Of a DNA stretch of 64,000 nucleotides, positions 1 to 28,004 are shown piece by piece. The position numbers and the translations under genes were made by a program. The stretch lies in the NCBI RefSeq assembly GCF_009914755.1, contig NC_060947.1. One strand, given 5' to 3'. Position 1 is the first letter of the stretch. Every line of letters begins with the position of its first letter. The DNA is from the human T2T-CHM13v2.0 reference genome, Homo sapiens. Below the pieces are notes generated by a model. The model made no database searches, was not told where the DNA came from, and saw only the letters and a program-made list of their open reading frames with translations.

Positions 1-232
<232 letters not shown>

Positions 233-331
233 GTGTGTGTGTATGTATATAATTGTAGAGTTCCAGTCACCTGAGAGCTGATATTTGGGCGAATGAAGGG
301 GAGAGAAGGAACCGGTCTTTTAGCAAGATCA

Positions 332-555
332 TATAGCACAGTAGTTAATATCATGGCTCTAGATCCTGGTTGCCTGTGTTTAAATTCTAGTTCTGTTACT
401 TTCCAGTTATGTGATTTTGGGTAAATTGCTTAACCTCTCAGTGCCTACTGCTTTCCCATCTGTAAAATGGATTAATAGTACAACCTCATAGGGTTGCTGC
501 ACAATTAAAAAGTAAATATATGTAAAGCTCTTAAGATAATACCTGGCACACTATA
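332..555 (+). mobile_element. MIR SINE
   Basis: MIR core-like TGTGATTTTGGGTAAATTGCTTAACCTCTC...ATCTGTAAAATGG...CCTGGCACA. Confidence 0.85.
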
Positions 556-1059
556 TACACAGCTTCCTTAACCCTACTAGCAAATCTAAATCTGTTCATC
601 TCTAAAGCTTGAGTTATTTTAGCATCCAGGTATTTATAATCTTGGAATATTAGAGCCATCCTTAACCTACTGTACCCAAAGATTCTCTCATCTAAGGCCA
701 AGTTAGGATGTTTTTATCTAATATAAATCCTATCCGATTCAATAGAAGCCTGATATCTTTATTTGTGGTCACCAAAGAAGAGCAATTCTGTTTGTTTCTT
801 TAAAGTGGAAGAGTGTGTAAATGTTAGGAGAGTGAACCTGAAGATAAGTTTTAAAATTTCAGTCTCAGGGATATGCTTATAACCTAAGTTCAGAGTGTGA
901 AGATGATCTATCTGATTGGGAAGCTAAATACCCAAGTGAAGTTATGTGACTAAATTTAGAATTTTGTTTTTCACTCTTTGGTCAAATTTAAATCCAAACC
1001 AAATCCAAATAGCATGGCCTGTTTGTGCAGTACTCTGGTATATCAAAAATGAATGGAAA

Positions 1060-1189
1060 GTCAGGCATGGTGGTGCATGCCTGTAGTCCCAGCTACTCAG
1101 GAGATTGTGGTTGGAGGATCACTTGAGCCCAGGAGTTTGAATCCAGCATGGGCAACATATCAAGACCCCATCTCTTAAAAGAAAAAAAA
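1060..1189 (+). mobile_element. Alu monomer (FLAM-like)
   Basis: Single ~130-bp arm with A-tail. Confidence 0.8.
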
Positions 1190-1236
1190 GTGGACATCCT
1201 TGACACAGATTGGCCTAGTTTTAAGAATAGAAAATG

Positions 1237-1537
1237 GGCTGGGCGCAGTGGCTCACGCCTGTAATCCCACCACTTTGGGAGGCCAAGGCGGGTGGATCAC
1301 TTGAGGTCAGGAGTTCGAGAACAGCTTGGCCAACATGGTGAAACCCCGTCTCTACTAAAAATACAAAAATTAGCTGGGCATGGTGGTGGGCACCTGTAGA
1401 CCCAGCTACTCGGGAGGCTGAGGCAGGAGAATGGCATGAACCTGGGAGGCGGAGCTTGCAGCAAGCCAAGATAGTGCCACTGCACTCCGGCTTAGGCAAA
1501 AGAGCGAGACTCTGTCTCAAAAAGAAAAAAAAAAAAG
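1237..1537 (+). mobile_element. Alu with TSD AAGAATAGAAAATG
   Basis: Dimeric Alu; the flanking duplicate is visible on both sides. Confidence 0.95.
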
Positions 1538-1574
1538 AATAGAAAATGATGACTTAAAAGGCTATTGAAGAAAA

Positions 1575-1982
1575 TATGTTAGTTTGTTTTGCATTGCTAT
1601 AAAGGAATATCAGAGACTGGGTAATTTATAAAGAAAAGAGGTTTATTTGGGTCATGGTTCTGGGGGATGTATAAGAATCATGCCAGCATCTGCTTGGCTT
1701 CTGGTGAGGTTTCAGGAAGCTTATGATTATGGCAGAAGGCAAACAGGGAATCAGTGTATCACGTGGTGAGAGGGAGCAAGAAAGAAGGGAGGAAGTTCCA
1801 GACTCTTTTAAACAACCAGATCTTACCTGAAGTCATACAGGAAGAAATCACTCATTACATGGGGAGAGCACCAACCCATTTGTAAGGGATCAACCCCCAT
1901 GACCAAGCCACTTCCCACTAGGCCTGCCTCCAATATCGGAGATCACATTTCAACATGAGATTTGAACATCCAAACTATATCA
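1575..1982 (-). mobile_element. MST-type MaLR solo LTR
   Basis: ATTGCTATAAAGGAATA...GACTGGGTAATTTATAAAGAAAAGAGGTTT...CAACATGAGATTTG...CCAAACTATATCA. Confidence 0.88.
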
Positions 1983-2095
1983 CAAGGCACAAGAGATGTT
2001 GGAGCAACACATAGCTCTTTCTAGATGTTTTGATGAGTTAAATGCAAAAAATCAGAAATACATGTCAGGAATTTTCCTGAAATGACACAAAGTTA

Positions 2096-2437
<342 letters not shown>

Positions 2438-2984
2438 TTAACAAGCACCAAATGTTTGGGAAATAGTTTGAGACAAACCTTTATTCAAACCCATACATGT
2501 TTATGCTTGGTGTATGTGTTCTGTAGGGTATGAATGTCTTTCTGTGTGTATGTGTGTATGGTAGTTGGTTGGGGTAAATTCTGTAAAATAGAATCATTGA
2601 ATAATTGTAGTATAATGATCCTGAAGGCATAGAGCTCTTCAGTTCACATTTGAATAGTCTGAGGTTTTTGTTTAGGAGTGAACAAGAATACCATTTATTA
2701 TTCTATTTTACTGGCAAAAATCCAGAAGCTGGCAAAAAGGAAAACAACTTGTAAAGAACAACATTAGCACATCCCAATATAATGTGTGTGAATCATTTGG
2801 CAAAGGATCTCTTTACTCATGTCTCCTTCATCTTTTTCAATGTTGGCTGCATTTTAGAAATATCTAGGAAAGCAGATTTTGAGGGGTATGAGGGAGAATA
2901 TAAAATGAAATTCATCCAGTCACATCTCTTATAGCTCCAGCACTACAAGCCAAATGAGCGTAGACTGGCTCCTCTGTGTGAGGA

Positions 2985-3170
2985 GCTGCCGGATGTAGTA
3001 AAAAGATCATAAAATCTAGGTTCTAGTCATAACTACCATTTATTTGAGCCTCAGTTTTCTCATGTGTAAAATGACAATACCAATTTCTGTGCTGCCAAAC
3101 TTAGAGTTGTGACAATCCAATGAAATCGTGGGTGAAAAGATGCTTTGTAAATTGTATAGTGCTGTGCCAA
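2985..3170 (+). mobile_element. MIR fragment
   Basis: GAGCCTCAGTTTTCTCATGTGTAAAATG...GCTTTGTAAATTGTATAGTGCTGT. Confidence 0.7.
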
Positions 3171-3202
3171 TCCCAATACCCTCCCTTCTTTGTGCACTCT
3201 GA

Positions 3203-9920
<6,718 letters not shown>

Positions 9921-10009
9921 TTTCATGGGGATAGCTGGCTATCTTTGTTTTTTGTGTGTGTATAAGGGGATGAAAGCCACTATTTCCTGCTCTGTCATCA
10001 TGGTGATGT

Positions 10010-10747
<738 letters not shown>

Positions 10748-10786
10748 TTAGCCAGGTATGGTAGCGGACACCTGTAATCCTAGCTA

Positions 10787-11440
<654 letters not shown>

Positions 11441-11819
11441 TATCGATCATAAGAAATTCATATTTAGGCTGAGCGCGATGGTACACGCCTATAATCCCAG
11501 CACTTTGGGAGGCTGAGGCGGGCAGATCGCTTGAGCTCACGAGTTTGAGACCAGCCTGGGCAACATGGCAAAACCCTATCTCTACAAAAAATTACAAAAA
11601 TTAGCTGAGTGTGGTGGTGTGTATCTGTAGTTCCAGCTACTCGGGAGGCTGAGGTGGGAGGATAGTTTGAGTGTGGGAGGTGGAGGTTGCAGTGAGCCAA
11701 GATCATGCCTGGGCAATAGAGCCAGACCTTGTCACAAAAAAAAAAAAAGAAAAAGAAAAAGAAAAAGAGATGTAAAATCATATTTAAAAGGCAGCATTGA
11801 GGCTGGGCGCAGTGGTTCA

Positions 11820-12089
<270 letters not shown>

Positions 12090-13242
12090 TTAAATAAATA
12101 AAATAAAATAATATTCCATTGTGTGGATATACTACATTTTGTTTATCCATTCATCAGCTGATGGACATTAGAGTTGTTTCTACTTGTTGGCTATTATAAA
12201 TAGTGCTGTTATGAACAAGTTTCTGTGTGGACCTATGTTTTAATTTCTCTTGGGCATATTCCTATAACTAAAACTGCTGAGTCATATGATAACTCTATGT
12301 TTAACTTTTCGAGAAACTGCGTAACTGTTCCTTATTTATGTTCCCACCAGCAGTGTATGAGGGTCTTAAATTCCCCACATTTTGCCAACACTTATTTGTC
12401 TGCCTTTTTAATTATAGACCTTCTAATGGACATGAAGTAATAAATGCAATATTTTTAAAAATTTAAAATCAATTCAAAAAGTCCATGAACAAAATATCAA
12501 AATTTTAAATAAATACAGGATCTAGCAGTGCTGTGCTTAGCCACATTGGGGCCTGAAGCAAAAAGAAAAATGTGTGTCCCTATGTACATTTCTATTTATT
12601 CTGAATGGTAATGAAAGAGACTAACTTTGAAAGTATGTTTTTAATATAAAACTTTATCAAGACATGTTACTATTCCTCCTGAATATGAACAGAAATAAAA
12701 AAGGAAATTAAAATTAGAAATGTACAAATCACCAGATGAGAGCATTAATTATTAAGGAACAAGCAGATATCAAATAGAAAGTAAGAATAGTAGGCTGGGC
12801 ATGGTGGCTCACACCTGTAATCTCAGCACTTTGGAAGGCCAAAGTGGGTGGGTCGCTTGGGCCCAGGAATTCAAAACCAGCCTGGACAACATGGCAAAAC
12901 ACTATCTCCACAAGAAATACAATAAATTAGCCGAGCATGGTGTCATGCACCTGTAGTCCCAGTTACTCGGGAGGTTGAGGTGGGAGGATCACCTGGGCCT
13001 GGAAGGTCGAGGCTGCAGTGAGCCAGATCATGCTATTGTACTCTACCCTGGGAGACAGAGTGAGACACTGGCTCAAAACAACAAAAATAAAAACAACAGA
13101 AAGTTAGAAGATTATACAAGCCCCAATTTCATGTTTGAAGTGGAACTGTGACAAATAAAATAAAATACCATTAGAATTTTCATTTTTAGCCAGTAAAAAG
13201 TTATTTTCTCTAAATACTTCTGATTTCCAAAGAGTAGCCAAT

Positions 13243-14023
<781 letters not shown>

Positions 14024-14222
14024 GGAACCAGTGGGGTTGTATGGCACAGCAGAAGAGAGTGATGAAAAGTAGAATGATGAAAGGATAAGCATATTTGCCT
14101 GTAGACTTGCTCATTTAACTTATGTGTGTTTATCTGTACCTGGGACCTGGGGAAGGAGATATAGAAATGCACTAGAGGCTGTCTTCAGTGTTAAGGACAT
14201 AGCATGATGAATGTAACACGTG

Positions 14223-14570
14223 TGTCATGGTCAGTTTTATGTCAACTTGGCTAGGCTACATTCTACAGTTATTCAATGAAACTCTAATCTAGGTCTGGTT
14301 GTGAAGGTGGTTTGTTGATGTGACTAAAGGTTATAATCAATCAGTTGACTTTAAGGTAGATTATTCTAGATAATCTAGGTAGGCTGATTCAATAAACTGG
14401 AGGCCTTAAGAGCAGAGCTGAGGCTTACTTGAAGAATACATTTTCGCTGAGGATAGAACTTTAGCTCATGCCCAACAGTTCCAGCCTGCCCTATGGATTT
14501 TGGACTTGCATAGCCATTTCCTTGCAATAAATCATGTAAGCCAATTCCTTGTGATAAATCTCTTAATACT
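14223..14570 (+). mobile_element. MLT2-type ERVL LTR
   Basis: TGTCATGGTCAGTTTTATGTCAACTTGGCTAGGC...AGCCAATTCCTTG...ATAAATCTCTT. Confidence 0.8.
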
Positions 14571-14644
14571 TAAAAACAGCAACAAACAACAACAACAAAA
14601 TAACGAAAAGCAGTCAACGACTTGGCTCAAAAATATTCTAATGA

Positions 14645-15091
<447 letters not shown>

Positions 15092-15374
15092 TAGGCACCT
15101 GCCAACATGCCTGGCTAATTTGGCTAATTTTTGTATTTACAGTAGAGATGGGCTTTCACCATGTTGGCCAGGCTGGTCTCAAACTCCTGAGTTCAAGTCA
15201 TCCGCCCGCCTCAGCCTTTGAAAGTGTTGAGATTACAGGCATGAGCCACTGCACCTGGCCCCAGAATTTCATCCAAAATAATTTTAAGTATCCTGCAAAA
15301 TCAGTAATGTGTAATATAAAATCAGCATTGAGTTTGAGTATTCTAAAGCTGGTTCATAAAGTTGCTTTAGTGTA

Positions 15375-15600
15375 ATCTTATTCAAATTTGGAAGTAGACT
15401 TAATATATTTTTAAAACGATATCCTGTGAAAGCAATTTCCATATGCTAAAATTAATTAAAAATTAATTTAAGATTGTTCAGTTGGTCAAGAGAAATTGCC
15501 AAACATCGATTTCTCTTACTTGAAAACAAGATAAGGAAAGACGTAACTTTTGAAATTATTATCGATGAATTTGCTTCCATTAAAAATCAGGAAAGCAGCA
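15375..15600 (+). mobile_element. hAT transposase fossil (C-terminal dimerisation domain)
   Basis: Frameshifted translation YSNLEV...SCESNFHMLKLIKN*...SVGQEKL...LENKIRKDVTFEIIIDEFASIK matches the hATC pattern CERSFSxLKxIKxxLRS..QERL..L...E....IIDEFA. Confidence 0.8.
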
Positions 15601-15721
15601 AGAGGGAGGTTATTTATGTCTAAGGTATCTCCCGGAAGACAAAAGTGATTTCTCATCATGAAGGCCACAAGGAGGTCATGGAGGCTAGAAAAGTGGAGGA
15701 TGACACCATTCATAGTGCTCA

Positions 15722-15883
<162 letters not shown>

Positions 15884-16059
15884 TTAGCCGGGCGTGGTGG
15901 TGGGTGCCTGTAACCCCAGCTACTCGGGAGGCTGAAGCAGGAGAATCACTGGAACCCGGGAGGCAAAGTTGCAGTGAGCCAAGATCGTGCCATTGCACTC
16001 CAGCCTGGGCAACAAGAGTGAAACTCCGTCTCAAAAAAAAAAAAAAAGGCAAGAATGTT

Positions 16060-19480
<3,421 letters not shown>

Positions 19481-19767
19481 GCTTTAGGATTGGTCAACTT
19501 TATATATAGTTTAAGTGGCGTGATTTTACATCTCATGATACATCCTTCTTTCTAATATATTGCCTTCATTGGCTCACATTACATTTATAAATTCCCTTCT
19601 TGTTGTTTTTCCCATTCCCTACATCACTTGGTACAGTGCTTTGCAAAATGTATAACTTTATAAATTATTTTGGGTGCTGAAATTTATGTATGAAATACTT
19701 TTTCATCCCCTTAAGCCCCTAATAAAAAAAAATTACCCAACCTTCACATTTTATTTCTCCCTACTAG

Positions 19768-20058
<291 letters not shown>

Positions 20059-20817
20059 TGATCTCGAACTCCTAACCTCAAGTGATCTGCCCCCCTCAGC
20101 CTCCCAAAGTGCTGGGATTATGGGCGCGAGCCAGCGTGCCCGGCCCCAACTCTCACTTCTATTTCTACCTTGTACCTAGCACAGTGCCTTGGATAAAGAC
20201 ACTTCTTACGATTCTTTTTCTTTTTCCCCTCTCCGATTTGAATGTAATCTCCTTGAAGATTAATACTGGATTGCATTCATCACCCACTTGTGTAGTCTTA
20301 TTCTTTACATGTAAGTTCTTAATGAATGAATAAATTCTGTTATATCTGTTCTCCCACATGCCACCGCAAATTGTACTTTTTTATTTTATTTTATTTTATT
20401 TTTGAGATGGTTTCACTCTTGTTCCAACTCATGTTTCAAATGAATTTGTTCTAGTGTAACTCAGCATCTATCATTTTAGCTGTTAAGACTGTTACTCATT
20501 TATTTGTCTTAAATTGTGAATGCAAAGATAACATGAACTATTGTCCCAGGGGTCATTGCCTTTGTAAATTTGTTTGTAAAATTTCCAAATAAGAGCCCTT
20601 TCTAAGCAAGTGCCTGCCAAATATGGCTGGATGATGGTAAAATCCCAACTCTCCTTTCACCTATTTGGATTTTATATTCTTTCAGGAGGCAGCTTTCTTA
20701 CCTTTGGAACAATTACTTATGTAAGAGGAAAAGTGGGTTTCCACAGAGAATGAAATAGGTACTAGCTAGTTCAGTAGTCCAGGAAGCTACCAAGATCAGT
20801 CTTCAAGAGGAAATATT

Positions 20818-20830
20818 GTAACCTGGCAAC
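20818..20830. promoter_or_regulatory. RFX X-box GTAACCTGGCAAC in a non-repeat island
   Basis: Fits GTNRCC-N-RGYAAC exactly; binding not shown. Confidence 0.4.
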
Positions 20831-21102
20831 CAAACTCTGTCTCTGGTGTTTTCTGGAGGCATTTTTCTTAAGTTGGAATTGAGGCAGGTAGACTAGGGGA
20901 AATGTGAGTGAGTGGAGGCAGGGGCATGAAGCTTGCACCGTGGCTGTGAATTAATATAGCTTTTCTGTCCCTGGGTCTCTGGGTCTAGCACTTTTCAATT
21001 CGAAACATTACCAAATAAAACCAGTGCATCAATTTGTTAAAAAAAAAAAATTGACTGGCAGCTTTATAAGCCTATTTCTCGAATAATGCTTCCTGCTGAT
21101 TA

Positions 21103-21830
<728 letters not shown>

Positions 21831-22644
21831 TAAATTACTACAGAGGGATGTTTTGTACCTGCCCCAAAATAAATGCATGGTGTGCTACTGCCAAAAGAAA
21901 ATATGACAGAATTTACAGTCATATTTGCCTCCTCTGCAACATTCAGACTTGATCCTTCTTTTACCCTACATTGTCTATCTGATTCCCTACTCTTTTAGTA
22001 CTAGTTCTTTCTTAGGAGCTCAACAGTTCCTTTTGCAATTGGTTTTTGGTGCCTGTCCTACAAATTTCCAAGATGTGCTCAAATATGCCTAAACCCTAGG
22101 AGATGAAACAGTTTAAGCTTAGAGACCTCTCCACCTCTATTACTGACCTTTGAACACGTAACTGGTTTTATGTGGTGTTTTTGGTGTTTTACTCCAAAAT
22201 GTCCATATGTCAATGCCCAGATGTTTTATACAACTGTGTATCATTACCTTCCTTTTGAGGGTGACGATATCAAAATAAAGACAGAAAAGTAATGATGCAA
22301 ATGAATAGAATAAGAGGTGTTCTATGTGGGGGTCTCGTAGAAAACCAGAGACAACATTAGTGCATAGAGAGAAACTATAGCTTTGGAAAGGGATTAGGAC
22401 CTCTAAAGTGTCTTTTCCTTACCGGTGAAGCACAAGCCTTCCCCCAGAAACCTGCACCACTCACACATAATGCTTCACAAACAAGTTTTGGCCTCGGTTT
22501 TTTCATACTTTTGGGGCTGGTATCCAGCTAGTGTATTTTCCCTCATGGAGCGGGAACAACAGAGATAAAGGTTTTGATAAATATAGAGGCCTCTTAGAAG
22601 TGTCAGGACTGAATCTAAAAGAGCTGAATCTAAAAGAAGAGGGA

Positions 22645-23231
<587 letters not shown>

Positions 23232-23717
23232 TGAATCCAGTTTTGCCATTGACGGACTCACTGTATGACTAGGCCAAAACCCTCTGGTTTCTGTTTTCCC
23301 ATTAGTTGGTTGAAGTACATACACCCTCATCTATCGGAACACGGGGCTTAGTAAAGTGAAAAGAAGTAGGTTCTAGCTCATTCTAGCACTTTTGGAAAAT
23401 TGGGTCACCTCTTTGGGCCTTAATTTCGTCATCTATAAAACAGGAAAAAATCAGTCCTCAGCTTACCTGATGTTGCAATGACTTAGTGAGATAACAGAAG
23501 TGAATGGCAGCTTTGTCTATCATACTTGTGAGGTAAAGTTAATGAGAGTGAGAGATCTGGAAATAGGGAAGAAAGAAAGGAGTCGAGGCAAAGCTAAAAG
23601 AAATTTGGGTTGGGAAAGGAAAAAAGAAATGAAGAGAAAGAAAAAGGAAAAGGGAATTTCAAAAGAGATAAAGGCTGTGAGAGGAAGTGCAACAGGTCAG
23701 GAAACTGGGGGAGGGTC

Positions 23718-23785
23718 CACGGCAACGGCTGCGGCACGGCAACGGCTGCGGCACGGCAACGGCTGGGGCACGGCAACGGCTGGTG
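23718..23785 (+). repeat. 4 x 17-bp tandem repeat CACGGCAACGGCTG(C/G)(G/T)G
   Basis: Units start at 23718, 23735, 23752 and 23769; read directly. Confidence 0.95.
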
Positions 23786-23901
23786 CATGTTGCCGGCGGA
23801 GGCATTTAGGTAGTGCACGACGGCTGGGCGCCGGGCCTGTTTGGCTGTGACGCCCACCCCCGGCTTTCATCCGCCTATGCCCTAGGGCTAGTGGAAGACT
23901 T

Positions 23902-23912
23902 AAGATGGCGGC
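23902..23912 (+). promoter_or_regulatory. YY1 binding motif AAGATGGCGGC
   Basis: Exact match to the YY1 consensus just downstream of the inferred TSS, its typical position. Confidence 0.85.
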
Positions 23913-24006
23913 GTTTGCACGGAGTGCAATCACTGCGTCCTTACGGGGGTTGCAAGGCGTCCGAAGTATGAGTCCACTAACAAAAGTCCAGAAACTCGCC
24001 AGTTAA
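23905..24006 (+). other. 33-aa smORF MAAFARSAITASLRGLQGVRSMSPLTKVQKLAS (translation unproven)
   Basis: First ATG of exon 1 in strong Kozak context (AAGATGG), ending in tandem stops TAA TAG. The ORF exists in sequence; there is no evidence of translation. Confidence 0.3.
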
Positions 24007-24134
24007 TAGTATTGTGGTGAGTGATGAGCCTCACGTTGGCTAGAGAAGTGGCCGTTAGCGAGGCTACACACTTTGGGATCGCGTGGCCTGAGTCGGGGGA
24101 GTAACCGGCCTGTATTCCATTTTTCTCTCTCCAG

Positions 24135-24213
24135 TCTCTTCAAAATATCGGAGAATAATTTCTTTCTCGCTGATCGCCTAACTTCTACTGACGAAGCTTG
24201 GAAGTTGCAGAAG
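24135..24213 (+). ncRNA. JPX: exon 2 (79 nt), after a 118-nt intron
   Basis: Branch-like GAGTAAC ~24099-24105, polypyrimidine tract TTTTTCTCTCTCCAG| ending 24134, donor AAG|GTAGCT at 24214. Confidence 0.8.
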
Positions 24214-24724
24214 GTAGCTCCTAGGAGGGATATATGGGTCGTTCTTTCCTTTTTCCTTATTTAAATGGGTTTTTATTGACACCATGTCGCGCCAAAATGG
24301 ATTCCATCTCCTCAGAGCTTTCCTAGGAACAGCCTAACCTCTTGGGCCTAACTTTATTTTTTTTTTGTTCTGCCTTTCATGTCCAGACTTATTAGTTTTA
24401 ATTAATTTGTTTGTAACGTATTCATTATGCACTAGATTAAACAATTTTTTTCTGTGCCCACTATACCCCAAATGTGGAGTTTTGGGCAAAAACTTAACAT
24501 TTGTTCTTGAAGCATCTCAGAGGTGTGTGTGTGTGTGTGTAATCTTTGGGGGACTTACATTGCCAGGTTGATTACTCACTAAGAAAAGAGCTAGATTTCC
24601 TGTTTTCAAATCTGTTGGCGAAATTAAGTTTATGTTAAGCATAGCATGTTTACTATATATATGGGGAAGACAGTTAAGAGTGACATCTAATATGTTGTTA
24701 AATGCTTATGTGATTAAAGTAAAT

Positions 24725-25085
24725 TTCATGCATTACCGCGGAGTATGAATTGCTGCAACCTTTTAGAAAAGAATCTGGCAATATTTAGGGAAATAAAAAA
24801 TACAGATATCACTTGAACAAAAACTGGAATTCAAAAGTCTGACTTTTAAGAATCTATCCTACAGAAATAAAAGTACCAGTATATAATGACGCATGAACAA
24901 GGATACTTTTGTACTATTTTGTTCTTGTGACAACTGGAAACAACCTGTGTATCCATCAATAGGAGAATGTTTGAGTAAATTTTGGTACATAAATATTATG
25001 AAATATTTTGACTTTTGACCTAGAGAATCTTATGATGGATGGTTATGTGAGAAAAGTAAGTTGCAGAATAGTCTAGTATGAGTCC
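24725..25085 (+). mobile_element. ancient L1ME 3' fragment
   Basis: AATCTGGCAATATT...CTGGAAACAACCT...TCCATCAATAGGAGAATG. Confidence 0.7.
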
Positions 25086-25430
25086 TTTTTTTTTTTTGAT
25101 GGGGTGATGAAGGAATGCAAGATTAACTTCTTTATCTTTTGGAGGAGACGTTAAATATATTATGAAATACTTAAGACATATACAGATATACAAGGAATAA
25201 TACAATGAACCTCTCTTCTCACCACCCAACGTAAAAAAAAAATCAAACATTAACGTGACAGTTGAAGTTCTCTGTGTACCCATCCCTGATTGCATCTCTC
25301 TCTTCTCTCATCCCCAGAGGTAACCATTATTTTAAACTTAGTGATTTTTACCATGCATTTCTTAAACTTCTGTGACATAGCAACTTCTAGCATGGATTAT
25401 TTTTTGTAAATATTGAAGATGAATTTTTAA

Positions 25431-25672
<242 letters not shown>

Positions 25673-26523
25673 TAGAGAGAGAGAGAGGGAGAGAGACAGA
25701 CAGACATGGAGTCTTGCTCTGTCACCCAGGCAGGAGTGTAGTGGCTCGATCTCGGTTCACTGTAACTTCCGCCTCCTGGGTTCAAGCGATTCTCATGCCT
25801 CAGCATCCAGAGTAGCCGAGATTACAGGCACACCTTGCCACGCCTGGCTAATTTTTGTATTTTTAGTAGAGACGGGTTTCCCTATATTGGCCAGGCTGGT
25901 CTCCAACCCCTGACCTCTGGTAATCTGCCTGCCTCGGCCTCCCAAAGTATTGGGATTACAGGCGTGAGCCACTGTGCCCAGCCTTATCTGACTATTACTG
26001 TAACAGTGGCCAATCAAAATTCCTTCTTTTCTTTTTTTTTTTCCTTGAGCCTAGAAATTTCTTAATTGAGGGGAGAATCTAGCAAGCAGTTGAGTCAAAG
26101 GGTGTAGATTATACTACAGTGGTAAAGAAAGTAAGCAGCTGGCAGTGAAAGCAATCTCAAGCAAATAATGAATGTTCCATGAACAAGATGCCTGAATTGA
26201 AAAACAGAACAAAACCAACTAACCAAACAAAAAACAATCCGTGGATCCTAACTCAAATCCAAGGTGATTTGAGCCTGCACTTGTAATTAGACAAAATCTA
26301 TGAACTTCAGTTGCCTTGGAGGCATCTGAGGGAAATGAGGTTGCATGTAGATGAATCAGTTGTTTCTGGCATCATGTTAGTGTGATTACATTTAGCTGCT
26401 GTGTGCAAAACATTTTAGCAATCATTTAGGTCCAGGACGTGGAATTTATTAGTGCAACAACCCTGTAAACAGTGGTTAGAACATTAATAATTTTATTTTA
26501 TTTATGTTTTATTTATTTTTTGA

Positions 26524-26811
<288 letters not shown>

Positions 26812-27672
26812 TAGTTTTAAACTTCCTAACCCTTGGGAGAAGGCAAAACACTTGATGAAATCTACATAAAGACTAAAACATTTTACCAATTTTGCATTGT
26901 TTGTTTGAAATTGCATTGACGACTGGTATGTTAATTTTGTATATATTTTTATGAGAACAATGTTGGACATCATTTAATTTTTTTAGGTTTTTTTAATTGA
27001 TTATTGATTGGTTCATTTGCAGGAACTGACTATTAGTAATCAAGGATACAAATTGTTAAGAGAATATGTTACAGAGAAAAACTTGACAAGCTAGACTTAG
27101 ATTTTTGTCGTTAAAGATAATTTGTGGGATATGATTTTTATAAGGAGTTGCATTAAATAGAATGTCTTACACAGATTTAAGAGGTTAATAATTATAAAAT
27201 TAAGATGAGTTCTTATAAAATATTCTTGAGGTATAATAAAATTATACTTGTGGAGTATATCTTTGAATAACATTTAAAAGCAAACTAATACTTTCCAGGT
27301 AAAATAATTATCAACATAACTTTTTAAAAATAATTCATAGTACTTCAGGTTATTTCTATGTTTGACACATTAACTTAAAAGAAAAAAGGAAAATGGTGAT
27401 TAGTTAATGCCATACACACTGGACAGAAAAGAAACTTAGCTCTTATGGATTCCTCTCCATATTTTGCAGCAGGGTAAATGTAAGTTTTCTTACGTAGCTA
27501 GATACTGTGTTCCAGTGCTGTTGATGTTGTACTGTTTTAGCAATGAAGAGATTGATATGGGCTGATTGGGGGTTAGGGAAAGTGAAGCAGCAGAACCAGA
27601 ACAGAGTGGACATTTAAAGGGTGCTAATAAGTAAATAATTATGTGAAGTAGCATACTGGTCGAAATGCATAA

Positions 27673-28004
<332 letters not shown>

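Larger units (their letters stand above)
23893..24016 (+). ncRNA. JPX: exon 1
   Basis: Ends ATTGTG|GTGAGT (consensus donor at 24017-24022); starts near the YY1 site. Start approximate. Confidence 0.8.
23680..24230 (+). promoter_or_regulatory. CpG-island TATA-less promoter
   Basis: Only CpG-dense non-Alu stretch in the window. Carries ETS-like GGAAGT (~23682), GGCAAC repeats, a TGACG half-site (~23848), a CACCC box (~23854) and YY1. Confidence 0.85.

Noticed and set aside
23718-23785. CRISPR-like reading of the 17-bp repeats (and of the 28-bp repeats at 47.2 kb)
   Set aside because: Head-to-tail units with no unique spacers, no cas genes, primate DNA.
23500-23933. ORFs spanning the promoter (116, 87, 67 and 78 aa)
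   Set aside because: They lie mostly upstream of the TSS, have non-ATG starts, and stay open because of the purine tract and GC-rich repeat.
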